Origin: Nostoc sp.
GTDB lineage: Bacteria > Cyanobacteriota > Cyanobacteriia > Cyanobacteriales > Nostocaceae
Assembly (NCBI RefSeq): GCF_036917135.1
Contig: NZ_JBALEA010000089.1
Location: 47,974-111,973 of the forward strand
Direction: 5' to 3'
DNA: 64,000 nt
A program made the position numbers and the translations under genes. Below, piece after piece: positions 30,051-42,135 of the stretch; position 1 is the first letter of the stretch, and the number at the start of each line of letters is the position of its first letter. Below the pieces are notes generated by a model. The model made no database searches. It saw only the letters and a list, made by a program, of their open reading frames with translations, and was not told the origin of the DNA.

Positions 30051-30374
30051 CTAGGTTTGTTTTTCTAGCTCGGCTTTCATCCGTTCTAAAGTGAGGTGCA
30101 TTTGGTCAAACATTTGTTGCGGGGTGATACCGAACTGACCTAATTGTGTTTTCAGTTGCTCTACTGTCATTTGTGCCATGAAATCTTCTGATAACTCGAA
30201 GCGCTTCATAAAGATGCGGTATCGATCCATCATGGTTTCCATTTGCTCAATAAACAGCTTTTTGCCCTCGCGGTCGAATTTGCCGTAGCCGTTGCCAAGC
30301 TGAATCAGCGCTTGATAATCCTCAAACAGCTGTTTCGCTTCTTGCTGAACTATTTCGGAATCGAAGAATCCCAT
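30051..30374 (-). CDS. DUF1825 family protein
   Basis: MGFFDSEIVQQEAKQLF...YGKFDREGKK, recognised cyanobacterial family. Confidence 0.85.
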   Translation of the reverse strand: MGFFDSEIVQQEAKQLFEDYQALIQLGNGYGKFDREGKKLFIEQMETMMDRYRIFMKRFELSEDFMAQMTVEQLKTQLGQFGITPQQMFDQMHLTLERMKAELEKQT

Positions 30375-30500
30375 ATTGCTTATATTAAACTGAGCGCCCA
30401 GACTCAGTAGCTTAATAGTTTTACTTCTATTTATTATTTTAGTCTAGGTGAGTAGTTTAATGATAAAGCTTCGGTTTTAGTACGGTTTGTTACCGAAATT

Positions 30501-31433
30501 TCAACACTTGACTTGAGGACTTTTCCCTAATCTAAACCGATTTAATAAAGCTGCAATACTTAGAGCTTTAGCCATTGATTTAGGATTGGTGTTTTCATTC
30601 GGTTGAATTTTCAGTTCGGGAGCGTATTTCAAGGCTAGTGAATTTTGCGGGTTCAGTTTTAATGCTTGATAGATGTAAACCCTAGCCATACCGGTAAATT
30701 TCTGTTTGAGATGTACCAAACCTAATAAGGCATAATAGTCGCTGTTATTTGGCTCTAACTTGATAGCATCACGCAGTTCTTGCACAGCTAGTGGCCATTT
30801 GGCTAGCCTAACGTACTCAATAGCCCGTTGGTAGTGACGTTGAGCGTAGTTTGTCAAAACTGGTTTGACATCAGTTTGTTCAGATAATGTCAATTCAACT
30901 AGCTTGACTTTTACCTCAGGAATGATGGTAACAGTTTTTTGCGGTAGGAATAGGTCTGGTTTATGCAACCGTAAGTATACTAAATTCAGTATAGTAATTT
31001 GTTGCGTCACCTGATAAAACTGATCTAGTGATTTATATTGAGCTTCTGCATAACAGGCGATCGCTTCTTCATAAAATAATTCTGCTTGGGGTGTAGGCAT
31101 TTCCATAATTTCCTGAGCTATGGCACTTTGAGAAGATAAAGTCTTCTGCTCCAAAACTCTTCCATCTGATCGCAGCATCGCGATCGCAATCAAGCGCTTC
31201 TGTCGATGTTTCAGTTGTTGATATGCTGGATTGATTAAATGGCTAAATATTGCCGTTGCTAATTGTTGGTCGGAATTAGAGTTTTTGGACTGGCGATCGG
31301 GATGTAGCAACTTTGCTATAGCATGATAGCGTTTGAAAATCTGACGATCATCAGCAAGAACCGAAATTCCTAGCACAGCGTAAGGATCACAAAGCTTTTC
31401 AACCCATTTTGGTGGTAGCAAGGTCTGTGACAT
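30501..31433 (-). CDS. J-domain protein with C-terminal TPR
   Basis: DPYAVLG...LHPDR J-domain; AIKLEPNNSDYYALLG TPR-like region. Confidence 0.88.
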   Translation of the reverse strand: MSQTLLPPKWVEKLCDPYAVLGISVLADDRQIFKRYHAIAKLLHPDRQSKNSNSDQQLATAIFSHLINPAYQQLKHRQKRLIAIAMLRSDGRVLEQKTLSSQSAIAQEIMEMPTPQAELFYEEAIACYAEAQYKSLDQFYQVTQQITILNLVYLRLHKPDLFLPQKTVTIIPEVKVKLVELTLSEQTDVKPVLTNYAQRHYQRAIEYVRLAKWPLAVQELRDAIKLEPNNSDYYALLGLVHLKQKFTGMARVYIYQALKLNPQNSLALKYAPELKIQPNENTNPKSMAKALSIAALLNRFRLGKSPQVKC

Positions 31434-31533
31434 AGTAGTAATAAGGCTGTTAAAAACTTAAAATTAGCATCAAAGCTCAATGCACAGTCATGTGAAACTT
31501 ACCCAATTTTCTGTGGGATTTCACATCTAAATT

Positions 31534-31624
31534 AGGACTTACGCAAAACTGCACGCTGTAGGGGCAATTCATGAATTGCCCCTACCTAAAAATCAGGGTT
31601 TTAGCTATTGTTTTCGTAAGTCCT
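31534..31624. repeat. 91-bp element with aggacttacg/cgtaagtcct inverted ends containing a perfect 28-bp GTAG palindrome (31558-31585)
   Basis: gtaggggcaattca|tgaattgcccctac read directly. Confidence 0.8.
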
Positions 31625-31702
31625 GTAAATATCTGAAGGGCAAGGCAGGGTAGTTGACTGTCTGATTGTAGGAACTGTGGTATTGGTATATTTGTTATAA
31701 AT

Positions 31703-32077
31703 ATGTTGACTAAGCGCAAAAGTCGAAGTGTTGCTGCTGTTTTAGCTTTTTCTGGGACGCTGACAATTTCAGGATTACATAAATTCTATTTGGGACAGCC
31801 ATTTTGGGGTGTTTTGTATGTGTTGCTTTCCTGGACACCTATCCCCAAGGTAGCTAGTGCGATTGAGGGAGTTTGGTATTTAGCCCAAGATGAAGAAGCT
31901 TTCGATCGCAATTTTAATCTAGGGAAGTCAGCAGCCAAGAACTCACAACGGGTGATTAATCAGGTAGGAGTGATCGCTGATGCAATGCGTGAATTAGATG
32001 CTCTGCGCCAGGATGGACTGATTTCAGAGTATGAATTTGAGCAAAAGCGCCGCCAATTGTTAGACCAGATTTCTTGA
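31703..32077 (+). CDS. NINE/TM2 domain protein with C-terminal SHOCT
   Basis: GLHKFYLGQ...GVLYVLLSWT; LRQDGLISEYEFEQKRRQLL. Confidence 0.88.
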   Translation: MLTKRKSRSVAAVLAFSGTLTISGLHKFYLGQPFWGVLYVLLSWTPIPKVASAIEGVWYLAQDEEAFDRNFNLGKSAAKNSQRVINQVGVIADAMRELDALRQDGLISEYEFEQKRRQLLDQIS

Positions 32078-32091
32078 GGTGAGCGACAATC

Positions 32092-32625
32092 ATGAATAAC
32101 TGGCTACCTTTAAACTCCAGGCTGCAAAAACTCCGCGCCAAGCTCCTCAACGATCCTTACTATCGCCTGCAATCTGGGGAAGAAATTCAGATAGCAGCCA
32201 AATTGGGTATCCGCATTGATGCCAATCAAGCGACTGTAGATGATTGGTTACGCCTACCAGGTTTGTCAATTCACCAAGCGCGATCGCTTGTGGAACTTTC
32301 ACGTTCGGGTGTGAAATTTTACTGTATTGAAGATATCGCTGCGGCTTTGGGTATGCCCGCGCCGCGCCTAGAGCCATTAAAGCCTCTGCTGAATTTTATT
32401 TACTATGACCACGAATCTTTAGAAAATCCCACGCATTTAGTTAATCCGAATACAGCAACCGTTGAAAAATTAGCACAAATTCCATTTATCGATTTGTCTT
32501 TGGCGCAAGCAGTGGTGCAAAATCGGCAATCAGGGGGATTTTACCGCAACTTGGCTGATTTTCAACGACGGTTAGAGTTAACTGGTGATGCGATCGCTCA
32601 GATCATGTATTATTTAACGTTTTAA
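32092..32625 (+). CDS. ComEA-like helix-hairpin-helix DNA-binding protein
   Basis: IDANQATVDDWLRLPGL and VNPNTATVEKLAQIP HhH repeats. Confidence 0.85.
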   Translation: MNNWLPLNSRLQKLRAKLLNDPYYRLQSGEEIQIAAKLGIRIDANQATVDDWLRLPGLSIHQARSLVELSRSGVKFYCIEDIAAALGMPAPRLEPLKPLLNFIYYDHESLENPTHLVNPNTATVEKLAQIPFIDLSLAQAVVQNRQSGGFYRNLADFQRRLELTGDAIAQIMYYLTF

Positions 32626-32795
32626 GTTTAAAGTGTAGGGCTTCTTATTTGTATGCAATACACTTTGACCTCACTTCCATTCCTCTCTCCTTTTAGAAGA
32701 GAGGCTTTGAATCTGACTCCCCAACGCTAGTAGGGAAGGGGTTAGGTCTCTATTAGACTCAACTCCAAACTCCTAACTCCTAACTCCTAACTAAG

Positions 32796-33368
32796 TTAAA
32801 TGAACCCAATGCGATCGAGAGGCCAAAAGCGAAACGTTGCCCGACCGATGACATTTTTTGTGGGCAAAAAGCCCCAATAGCGAGAGTCATTACTATCGTT
32901 GCGATTATCTCCCATAACAAACAATTCGTTTTCTGGGACTTTCACTGGTCGATATGGCTGATTTGGGGGTTCAGCGATATAGTCTTCTGCCAAGGGTTGA
33001 CCGTTGAGGTAGACTTTCCCAGAATCAACACTAATTACCTCACCAGCCTTGCCAATAACCCGCTTGATGAAGGCTTGGTCTTTGGGATATCCACGACGTT
33101 GTAATTCTGCCGATGGCTGAAAAACAATAATATCGCCAGTTATGGGGGGGTGAAAATGGTAAGAGATTTTTTCAACTACCAAGCGATCGCCTGTATGTAA
33201 GGTGGGTAACATCGAGTCAGAAGGTATATAGCGGGGTTCGGCGATAAAAGTCCTGATTAGGAATGCCAAACACAATGCGATCGCAATTAAAATCAGATTT
33301 TCCTGCCAATTACGCCATACTTTTAAAGATGCGCGCTCTTCTTTTGCATCACTTTCGTCAGGAATCAT
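32796..33368 (-). CDS. lepB: Signal peptidase I
   Basis: IPSDSMLPTL (Ser), FIKRVIG (Lys), GDNRNDSNDSR. Confidence 0.96.
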   Translation of the reverse strand: MIPDESDAKEERASLKVWRNWQENLILIAIALCLAFLIRTFIAEPRYIPSDSMLPTLHTGDRLVVEKISYHFHPPITGDIIVFQPSAELQRRGYPKDQAFIKRVIGKAGEVISVDSGKVYLNGQPLAEDYIAEPPNQPYRPVKVPENELFVMGDNRNDSNDSRYWGFLPTKNVIGRATFRFWPLDRIGFI

Positions 33369-33824
33369 AAAAGTTTCTACCCAGTTTAAGAAGTGAGATA
33401 AATACCTTGATTATTTTGACTCAAAAGGTATATTAATACGAAAGATGGGTTTAGCGCCAAACTCATACAGATATTAAATAATACACTTATTGCATCTACT
33501 AAAGATAAGCAAAAGTACCGCAAATAAACCTAATTCTAATTGCTGTAATTATAAGGCAAGTTATAAGATAGTTTTCAGTTTTGCTTCTTCCTGCTAAAAA
33601 ATCTAGTTACCGAGTAGTGGAGTCATCCAGTCAGTCGATTTTTTCTTTGAGCAAAAAATTGGTCATTGAGTGTCAAAATAAGTTACCCCGTATCTATCTG
33701 ACAATATCTGCTTCACTTTACCGAAAAAAGGCAGAGGGCAGCCTTGCTCGAGGCTGAGTTGAAAGAAAATATATTTTTATATGTACTATTAAGTAACATT
33801 ACATAAAATCAATCGCCGTACAAA

Positions 33825-33840
33825 TGTAGTTTTAGATACA
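33825..33840. promoter_or_regulatory. Consensus NtcA-binding box TGTA-N8-TACA
   Basis: tgtagttttagataca matches GTA-N8-TAC; the nearest -10-like hexamers are at non-canonical spacing (19 nt on +, 24 nt on -). Confidence 0.45.
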
Positions 33841-34890
33841 TAATTTACCTGAATAAAGTATAATTAGTAAAAAATATCACATTTGAATGTAGAATTTAAT
33901 GGTTGAATAGAGAGATGCCATACTATTGCAATGGAATTTTAACATTTTCCTATATATATGGAATTAACTTCCGTAATTACACGGTGACGGTGCATATAGA
34001 ATTGCACTATTAATTAAGATATAAATCTCCTTAATCATCGAGAAAAACATTAACAGACAGAAAACTACTAGCAATTTAGGCTAAAGTATCAACATCTAAA
34101 AGAGAACTAAACTGGCGATAAAACTATTTTTGCTAAATGAGTCAAAAGTATCTAGATTAACGAATAAGTGCCCCTTGGCAATGAGAAACTATATTGAATC
34201 AATTTTCGTCTGGTCTATTTCATAGAAAGTACAAGGTCACATTCTGTCAGTTGAAGATTTAACTTTTTCTTAAAAAGGAATTAATGGCAGTAGGCAGTAG
34301 AATATATCTTATCAAGAATAGAACTAATAGTTTACTAAACTCTAAACTCTTTTTTGAAAGATACCCCACCTATTCTAAGTAGTTTTGTATGTTAATCAAA
34401 TAACTCAATAGGTTGTAAATTATACAACTTGTCTTTGAGAAAATATGACAATGAAAACTTCAGGCTGCGAAAAGTGCAAATTGTCAGCGCGACATCTTAG
34501 TTCATCTTATTTGCAAAGCGATAAGACTTGAAAGGATAATGCTGCCTTCGCGGTGAAGCGAAAAACAGCAACTAATTCAGAACTCCTATTAAGAGGATTG
34601 TGGGGTGTGGTTAATTATCTGATTGCGCTCCTTCTGAGAGCTAGCGGTAAGAATGTGAAAGTGCAGACCTTGCCTCTGATGAGTGGATTGACATTAAACA
34701 TCGCTCAAATCTAGAGTGTATAGATTTCAGTTAAAGTAAATAGTCTGTCTTCTCGATTCTGAATTTCCGTTAGTCCCAGTTCCAATTTTCATAATTACCA
34801 GAAAGTAACTGGTATCTAAATATAAAAAAAATGTGGTATAACGTACCGTCATAACCTTAGTGACGGTTCGATCTTTGAAGGAGCTATGAG

Positions 34891-35802
34891 GTGGAAAACA
34901 ATAAGTCGTTTCTCTGGCCAGAAGGAATATTAATTGCGCTGCTTGCCTTAGGTGGTGTTTTTAGCCTTGCTTTCATGATGCTTCTAAGGCCAAATGCTTC
35001 GGAGGCTCAGAGTAGACAAAGTATAAATATCAAGGATGTCGCTGCAAATGTAGGAACTCAGCAGCGCATTGAAAAATTAAAGGCGGCGATGCTTACAAGT
35101 TGGCAGCAAGAAGCGCAAACAAAAGGTTTAGCCTACGCTCTACCATCACGTTTTCAAGGAGCAATAATTGAATCGGCAAAACTTACTCAAGGTGAGAAAG
35201 TCATTGCTCTCACCTTTGATGATGGTCCTTGGCCTCAAACCACAGAGCAAGTGCTAGATATCCTGAAATCAAATAATATCAAAGGGACGTTTTTTGTCGT
35301 CGGACAGAATCTAAAAAATTATCCAGAGTTAGGAAAGCAGATTGTCGCTCAAGGTCACGTCATTGCCAACCATACTTGGCATCACTGGTATCATTTCTTG
35401 AATCCACAAGCAGCTGCTTTTGAAATAGATCGCACAGAAGACCTAATTTATCAAGTTACAGGTGTTAAAACAAATCTCTTTCGACCACCTGGTGGCTTCC
35501 TGCACAATGGATTAGTTGCTTATGCTAAAGGTCAAAAATATGCTGTGGTGATGTGGTCAGCTGACTCCACAGACTACAAGCAGCCAGCTGTATCAAAGTT
35601 GATCAATAATGTGATTCAAGATTCAAAACCTGGTGGGATTGTGCTAATGCATGATGGTGGTGGCAACCGTTCTAGAACTGTGCAAGCTTTACCAGAAATT
35701 ATTAGCAACTTTAGAAAGCAAGGCTATCGCTTTGTGACTATTCCAGAACTTTTAGAAATTCAAGATACAGAGCAAAAGTTGCTTGCTAACAAAAAGCAAT
35801 AA
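34891..35802 (+). CDS. Polysaccharide deacetylase (CE4/NodB family)
   Basis: TFDDGP, NHTWHH, FRPPGG, IVLMHDGGG; N-terminal TM anchor. Confidence 0.94.
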   Translation: MENNKSFLWPEGILIALLALGGVFSLAFMMLLRPNASEAQSRQSINIKDVAANVGTQQRIEKLKAAMLTSWQQEAQTKGLAYALPSRFQGAIIESAKLTQGEKVIALTFDDGPWPQTTEQVLDILKSNNIKGTFFVVGQNLKNYPELGKQIVAQGHVIANHTWHHWYHFLNPQAAAFEIDRTEDLIYQVTGVKTNLFRPPGGFLHNGLVAYAKGQKYAVVMWSADSTDYKQPAVSKLINNVIQDSKPGGIVLMHDGGGNRSRTVQALPEIISNFRKQGYRFVTIPELLEIQDTEQKLLANKKQ

Positions 35803-35811
35803 TTATTTATT

Positions 35812-36252
35812 ATGTGGCAACCAGAGAGTCTAAAATTATCAAGACTTCTCACAATATTATTTGGATCGCCTTTTCCTGAACCACCAAGCACTCTAGAGTT
35901 TTTAATATTTGTTACAACACTCTTTGGACTAATTTTTTTTGGAGGAGCATTTGCTGGGATAGCTACTCTAATTATCACAAAGAAAAGTAATTTTTTTATT
36001 GAAATATTTAGACTATTAATTGGGGCTATAGGAGGGTATGAAGGTGCATTAATCTATATTTTGCTTAATTCTTCATTTAAACATCCAAATAAAATATTTG
36101 AACTAATTATTGGTTTTAATCATGGAATACTTCAAACAGTTATTAATTTTTATCAAGTTGATTGGATATTTTTCATTCCGGGTGTATTAGGGGCAATAGG
36201 TGCAAGTATAGCTATATTTATGATGAGAAAGGTATTTGGTTGGCGTTTATAA
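35812..36252 (+). CDS. Hypothetical membrane protein
   Basis: 146-aa ORF with about 3 hydrophobic helices; AT-rich. Confidence 0.6.
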   Translation: MWQPESLKLSRLLTILFGSPFPEPPSTLEFLIFVTTLFGLIFFGGAFAGIATLIITKKSNFFIEIFRLLIGAIGGYEGALIYILLNSSFKHPNKIFELIIGFNHGILQTVINFYQVDWIFFIPGVLGAIGASIAIFMMRKVFGWRL

Positions 36253-36598
36253 ATCAATCCAGTTCAGTTAGCAAGAAAAGACTTATAACATTTCTCAGTT
36301 AAATGAAGTACAAGAACCCCACCCCCAACCCCCTCCCCGCAAGCAAAGAGGGGGCTATGATGTAAGCTGTTCCACAAATAAACTTGCATATACTGGGCGG
36401 GCAGGATGCCCACCCCACAAGAGTTATATTTAATAAGGGTTATGCAAATTAAATGTTTTTTAGCTTACCTCATGTGATTAGGAAACGCTATAAGAAAGTC
36501 GGCGCTAATATTTCAACCTATACATTGAATTTTTCTTGCCGAAAATTATTGGTAGACACAATTTGTGAATTGTGCCTACGTGATTTTGATTCCGATGT

Positions 36599-39500
36599 CT
36601 AATGAGTAGTTACTAAATTAAACTCAGCTATTTTTTCAGGATTAGCTTCGGGGCTATCAGCTTCAGAAGGTGGAACCAACTGCCAGAATTTCGGCAAAAA
36701 TTCTTGCCAGTTTTGCAGAATTTTCTTCGCCTTTGGTGAACCAGTGCGTTCCGCATGAGTTTGGATTAACTCTTGCAGTTGCTTTGCACCTACTTCTGTA
36801 ATTACTCGCTGCATTTTGACAATTTCCGGGTTGACTAACTCACGAAATGAGTCGTCTTCATCCAAGAAGTATGCCAATCCTCCAGTCATTCCAGCTGCTA
36901 CGTTACGTCCTACTTTGCCGAGGACGACAACCACACCACCTGTCATGTATTCGCAGCAGTGATCCCCAGCACCTTCAATCACTGCTATGCCTTTGGAGTT
37001 TCTCACAGCAAAGCGCTCTCCTGCTAAACCGTTGGCAAATAAGATCCCACCAGTAGCACCATAGAGGCAGGTATTGCCAACTATCACATTTTGTGATGCG
37101 TTATAGGTAGCATCAGTTGGAGGTTTGATGATGATTTCACCACCATGCATCCCTTTACCTACGTAGTCGTTTGCCTCTCCTTCCAGGCTCAAAATTATGC
37201 CGGGGAGGTTGAAAGCACCAAAGCTTTGCCCAACACTGCCTGTGAAGTTGAGATTAATTTGTCCTTCAAAGCCACTGTCACCGTATTGGGAAGCGATCGC
37301 ACCTGCTAATCTTGTACCCACTGTTCTGTCAGTATTGACAATGGGGTAAGTCTTAGTAACAGTGGACTGATCCCTAATGGCAGTCTGAATGTCAGGATCG
37401 GCCAGGAACTTGTCATCTAAAACCACGCCGTTGCTGTGGACTTCTTCATGCACCAACCAGCTACGATTGTCTTTACTATTTGGTAGCTGAAGTAAACAGT
37501 CAAGATTCAGCGATCGCGTTTTGGTAAGTTTTGCATCTTGGCGCAGTTTTAACAAATCTGCACGTCCAATGATTTCTGATAAAGAACGGTAGCCAAGTCC
37601 GGCTAACAAACTACGCACTTCTTCGGCAATGAAGTAGAAGAAGTTGACAACTTGTTCTGGTATTCCTGTAAACCGCTTACGCAGTTCTTCTTTCTGAGTA
37701 GCAACACCCACAGGGCAAGTATTTAGGTGGCAGATACGCGCCATGATACAGCCTTCGGCAATCATGGCAATGGAGCCGAAACCGAATTCTTCACCACCCA
37801 TCAATGCACCTATTACCACATCCCAGCCACTCTTGAGTCCGCCATCTACGCGTAAAATCACGCGATCGCGCAGGCTATTTTCCATCAAAACGCGATGCAC
37901 TTCAGTTAATCCCAGTTCCCAAGGTGAACCCGCATGTTTAATTGAACTGAGTGGCGATGCACCTGTACCACCATCATGTCCAGAAATCTGGATAATATCA
38001 GCGTTTGCCTTAGCTACACCAGCCGCGATCGTGCCAATGCCAACTTCTGAAACTAGCTTCACCGACACCTTTGCTTTGGGATTAATTTGGTGCAGATCAA
38101 AAATCAGTTGCGCTAGGTCTTCAATGGAATAAATATCGTGGTGCGGTGGTGGCGAAATCAGCGTTACACCTGCTTTGGAGCGCCTTAACATGGCAATGTA
38201 TTGGCTGACTTTTGGTCCTGGTAGTTGTCCACCTTCCCCAGGCTTGGCGCCTTGGGCGATTTTGATTTCAATTTGTTTGGCGTTGACTAGGTATTCTGGC
38301 GTGACACCAAAGCGTCCCGATGCAACTTGTTTAATGGCACTATAAGCTTGATCACCATTCCGCAATCCTTTTAAATGAGGTAGGGTTGGCGAGTGGCCAG
38401 ACTCGTCTACATCATCTAAAACTGTATAGCGCACTGGATCTTCGCCACCTTCTCCAGAATTTGATTTACCGCCAATGCGATTCATGGCGATCGCTAAAGT
38501 TTCATGGGCTTCTCTTGACAAAGCGCCTAAAGACATCCCACCAGTGCAGAAGCGTTTGACAATTTCATATACCGATTCCACTTCTTCGAGAGGAACTGGC
38601 GGCGCATCACCTTGGAAGTCTAGTAAGTCCCGCAAAGCCGTTACTGGTCTACCTTGCAGGTGCTTTTTGTAAACTTCGTAGTGGTCGTAGTTTTTGCCAT
38701 CTAGAGCTTTATGCAGCGCCCTAACCATTTCTGGGCTATTCATGTGGTACTCGCCGCGAGCGCGGTACTGCACAAAGCCCAGGTTTTCTAACCTATTGGT
38801 CGTAAATTCCGGGAAAGCCTTGCTGTGGAAGGAAAGCACTTCATCTGCCAGATCGCTCACACTCAAACCCCCGATGCGGGAAGTCGTACCACGGAATCCT
38901 AGCTCGATTAAATCTCCACCGATGCCAATAGCTTCAAAGATTTGGGCTGCTTGATAGCTAGAGAGCAGAGAAATTCCCATTTTGGAGAGAATTTTTAGCA
39001 AACCTGACTCTACTGCTTTGCGATAGTTGCCTAAAGCTTGTTCTAGGGTGAGGGTTGGAGTTTTTTGCAACCCCACTAAATTTTTTTGAGTTCCGGGATC
39101 AGACCACCAATCACGCACTGTATCTAAAGCCATATACGCACAAACTGCACCAGCACCATAGCCAATCAGACAAGCAAAGTGATGGGTACTCCAGCATTGA
39201 GCAGTATTGACAATCAGGGATGTTTTCATTCGCAGCCCTTCACGAATCAGATGGTGATGCACCGCACCCACTGCTAATAAGGGAGGAATGTAAGTATATT
39301 CTGTACTGATTCCTTCATTGCCCCCATTAATAAGGGGAGCCAGTGCGTTGGGCGGCTCTGCCGACTTGAAGCAACTGGCGTGGGTTGGGGGGATCTGGTC
39401 GCTTAAGATTAAAATCCTTGCCCCTGCCCGGACTGATTCAGCAGCTTGTGCTTGTAAAGACTGCACAGCTGCTTTCAATCCTTCTGGGCCGTCGGCGATC

Positions 39501-41356
39501 GCAAATAGAGTTGACAACTCTGCTGTGGCAAATCCTGACAGCTTAATCGCCTCTAATTCAGTATCCGTTAATACTGGCGATTCCAGCTTCAATCTCCGAG
39601 CATATTCTGGCTTGGGTTCTAATAAGTTACCCCGTTCACCCAGTTCGACTTTCAGAGACATTACCAGCTTTTCCCGCAGGGGATCGATCGCCGGGTTCGT
39701 CACCTGAGCAAAGCGCTGTTTGAAATAGTCATAAAGCAGGTGAGGTTTTGTTGACAGCACTGCTAAAGGAATATCATCCCCCATGCAGAAAGTTGGCTCT
39801 GAACCAAGCTTCGCCATTTCTTTAATCACCATGTCTACATCTTCTGTGGTGTAGCCAAAGGCGGTTTGACGCTGAAGCAAGGTTTCCTTCTCAATTTTCT
39901 TACTATGCCCATTACCATTTTCAGCAGCCAGATGTCCATTTCCATTACCATCTTGACTACTGACAATTTCTTTGAGTTCTTGACGGTACTCTTGTAGCCA
40001 TTCCCCATAAGGGTGCTGCTTGGCGATGCGCCCCTTTATATCCCAATTTTTCAGCACTTCATGGTTTTCTAAATCCACAGCAATCATTTGCCCTGGGCCG
40101 AGTCTACCTTTCTCGACAATATCGGCTTCTGGGAATTCCACTACACCAGCTTCGGAAGCTACAACAATGTAGTCGTCTTTGGTGATCAAGTAACGAGCTG
40201 GTCTTAAACCATTACGATCTAGAGTCGCACCAACTTTTTTGCCATCGCTGAATACTAAAAGTGCTGGCCCATCCCAAGCTTCTTGTAAACCACTGTAATA
40301 TTCGTAGAAAGCAACAATTTCTGGAGATTCACGTAAAGAAGGCTGATTTTGATAAGCCTCTGGAACCATAATCATTAAAGCTTCCAAGGGGCTGCGTCCA
40401 GAGCAAACCAGCAATTCCACTACATTGTCTAGGGTAGCTGAGTCGCTGTTATCAATGTGAACTAATGGTTTAAGTTCCTGGATGCGATCGCCCCATACTG
40501 GATGATTCAGGCTAGCTTCTCGTGCCATCATCCAGTTGATGTTACCCAATAAGGTATTGATTTCGCCGTTGTGGCCCAAAAACCGCATTGGTTGGGCTAG
40601 AGGCCACTTGGGCATCGTGTTGGTACTAAAACGGCGGTGATAGACAGCAAAGGCAGTTTTATAAGCTGGATTTTTTAAATCGTCATAAAAATTGCCCAAG
40701 ACGGCGGAACGCACCATCCCTTTGTAGACAATTGTCCGACTTGACAACGAGCAGATATAAAATTCTTCTGAGATTTTGGTTGCAACTTTACTAATTCGGC
40801 GGCGGGTAATGTACAACTGCCGTTCCAATTCATCGCCGCTTTTCTCAACAGAAGCTAACAAAACTTGTTCAATCTGGGGTTGATTTTCTCTGGCTTGTAC
40901 CCCCAGTAAATCAGATTGCACTGGCACTACTCGCCATCCCAGTACAATTAATTTTTCTTCAGCAGCTACTTGCTCAACAGTCGCCCTAGCTTTTTGTGCA
41001 GCTTCTTGGTCTTGTGGGAGAAATATCATCCCCACAGCTATATTATTGGTGGATGGAAATTCCTTACCCCTTTGGTGAAAGTCTTGTTGGAACAATTCCC
41101 AAGGTATTGCTGTCAATACTCCAGCACCATCACCAGAGTCTTGATCGGCGCTACAACCTCCCCGGTGTTCTAAGCAGGTTAAAGCAGCTAAGGCTTTTTC
41201 GACAATTTCGTGGCTGGTATGATTCTGGCGATGAGCAATAAAACCTACACCACAGGCATCTCGTTCCTCTACTAACCACTTTTGCCCCTGATAGGTATCT
41301 CTTGAGTTGATATCCGCCGTGATTTTCTGGTCTTGATTCATCGGTTTATTATTCAT
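36599..41356 (-). CDS. glsF: Ferredoxin-dependent glutamate synthase
   Basis: Propeptide then [47 protein letters not shown] [3Fe-4S]; no gltD nearby. Confidence 0.96.
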   Translation of the reverse strand: MNNKPMNQDQKITADINSRDTYQGQKWLVEERDACGVGFIAHRQNHTSHEIVEKALAALTCLEHRGGCSADQDSGDGAGVLTAIPWELFQQDFHQRGKEFPSTNNIAVGMIFLPQDQEAAQKARATVEQVAAEEKLIVLGWRVVPVQSDLLGVQARENQPQIEQVLLASVEKSGDELERQLYITRRRISKVATKISEEFYICSLSSRTIVYKGMVRSAVLGNFYDDLKNPAYKTAFAVYHRRFSTNTMPKWPLAQPMRFLGHNGEINTLLGNINWMMAREASLNHPVWGDRIQELKPLVHIDNSDSATLDNVVELLVCSGRSPLEALMIMVPEAYQNQPSLRESPEIVAFYEYYSGLQEAWDGPALLVFSDGKKVGATLDRNGLRPARYLITKDDYIVVASEAGVVEFPEADIVEKGRLGPGQMIAVDLENHEVLKNWDIKGRIAKQHPYGEWLQEYRQELKEIVSSQDGNGNGHLAAENGNGHSKKIEKETLLQRQTAFGYTTEDVDMVIKEMAKLGSEPTFCMGDDIPLAVLSTKPHLLYDYFKQRFAQVTNPAIDPLREKLVMSLKVELGERGNLLEPKPEYARRLKLESPVLTDTELEAIKLSGFATAELSTLFAIADGPEGLKAAVQSLQAQAAESVRAGARILILSDQIPPTHASCFKSAEPPNALAPLINGGNEGISTEYTYIPPLLAVGAVHHHLIREGLRMKTSLIVNTAQCWSTHHFACLIGYGAGAVCAYMALDTVRDWWSDPGTQKNLVGLQKTPTLTLEQALGNYRKAVESGLLKILSKMGISLLSSYQAAQIFEAIGIGGDLIELGFRGTTSRIGGLSVSDLADEVLSFHSKAFPEFTTNRLENLGFVQYRARGEYHMNSPEMVRALHKALDGKNYDHYEVYKKHLQGRPVTALRDLLDFQGDAPPVPLEEVESVYEIVKRFCTGGMSLGALSREAHETLAIAMNRIGGKSNSGEGGEDPVRYTVLDDVDESGHSPTLPHLKGLRNGDQAYSAIKQVASGRFGVTPEYLVNAKQIEIKIAQGAKPGEGGQLPGPKVSQYIAMLRRSKAGVTLISPPPHHDIYSIEDLAQLIFDLHQINPKAKVSVKLVSEVGIGTIAAGVAKANADIIQISGHDGGTGASPLSSIKHAGSPWELGLTEVHRVLMENSLRDRVILRVDGGLKSGWDVVIGALMGGEEFGFGSIAMIAEGCIMARICHLNTCPVGVATQKEELRKRFTGIPEQVVNFFYFIAEEVRSLLAGLGYRSLSEIIGRADLLKLRQDAKLTKTRSLNLDCLLQLPNSKDNRSWLVHEEVHSNGVVLDDKFLADPDIQTAIRDQSTVTKTYPIVNTDRTVGTRLAGAIASQYGDSGFEGQINLNFTGSVGQSFGAFNLPGIILSLEGEANDYVGKGMHGGEIIIKPPTDATYNASQNVIVGNTCLYGATGGILFANGLAGERFAVRNSKGIAVIEGAGDHCCEYMTGGVVVVLGKVGRNVAAGMTGGLAYFLDEDDSFRELVNPEIVKMQRVITEVGAKQLQELIQTHAERTGSPKAKKILQNWQEFLPKFWQLVPPSEADSPEANPEKIAEFNLVTTH
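39321..39395. repeat. Nested dispersed-repeat-like sequence lying in frame inside glsF
   Basis: Outer cccccattaataagggg...gggttggggggatc split by inner gccagt...actggc element; encodes [25 protein letters not shown]. Confidence 0.6.
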
Positions 41357-42135
41357 ACCCTGTTCCTGAAGTATTGAGTTACCAATTTTGCCACTACTTA
41401 CGGGAAAAAACTTCTAAATTTCGCTGTGGATAATATATATAAGCACCGAAATTTAGGGAAAAAAAATTTTAACTTCGGTTTTACTTTATTAGTTCACCCG
41501 TGTTAAAATAGTTGCGTATTGCTTATGTATTTATGCGGTCTCAGACAACTTACCTCCGCCAAGACATTATTTTTGCCCTGACAGTTTCTTTTTTATATTG
41601 TGAAGCTAAGTATTTTCTCAATCCCCTTTTTCCAGATGCACGCTAGTTACTCATAGAGCCTATTTCGGCTCACCTGAAACAAAACTAAAACTTAACGCTG
41701 TACTATGTTTTAAAGCCGAAATCATCCTGATTCAGCAATAAAATCAGCGTATTACAATATATACCCATTTGACAATTCCCAAATATTTTTGTTGTTGTCT
41801 ATAGTTTTGGTGTTTACCACTTACCACATATATTACTACTAACTACACCCAACTGAAGTAGCAACAGTAGCAAGGTTCCGTGAGGATTAAATATCTTAAT
41901 CCAGTTTTGCTGGCCAAAGCTACCGTGTATGTTGTGGTTAGAATTAGTGCCGATTAAAACACTTTATTGCAATGGCTTTAGCTTCTAAATTGGTGGTTTA
42001 TGCTTAAAAGAGACAACTAGCCAATATATATAATACCATATTTATTTAAAAACAAACTCATGTTATTTTTATATTTCCAAATAATTAGTTAGTTTATACC
42101 TTGGGTGATAGTTTTCATTCATTACCTAGTAAAAT

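Noticed and set aside
34445-34531. 28-aa ORF with a CEKC motif
   Set aside because: Too short, no clear RBS and no recognisable family; expected by chance.
34845-34867. Riboswitch upstream of the deacetylase
   Set aside because: Single hairpin; I could not match it to the glutamine, c-di-AMP or other aptamer consensus.
41357-42135. NtcA box upstream of glsF
   Set aside because: The closest match seen has GTA-N10-TAC spacing, not N8.
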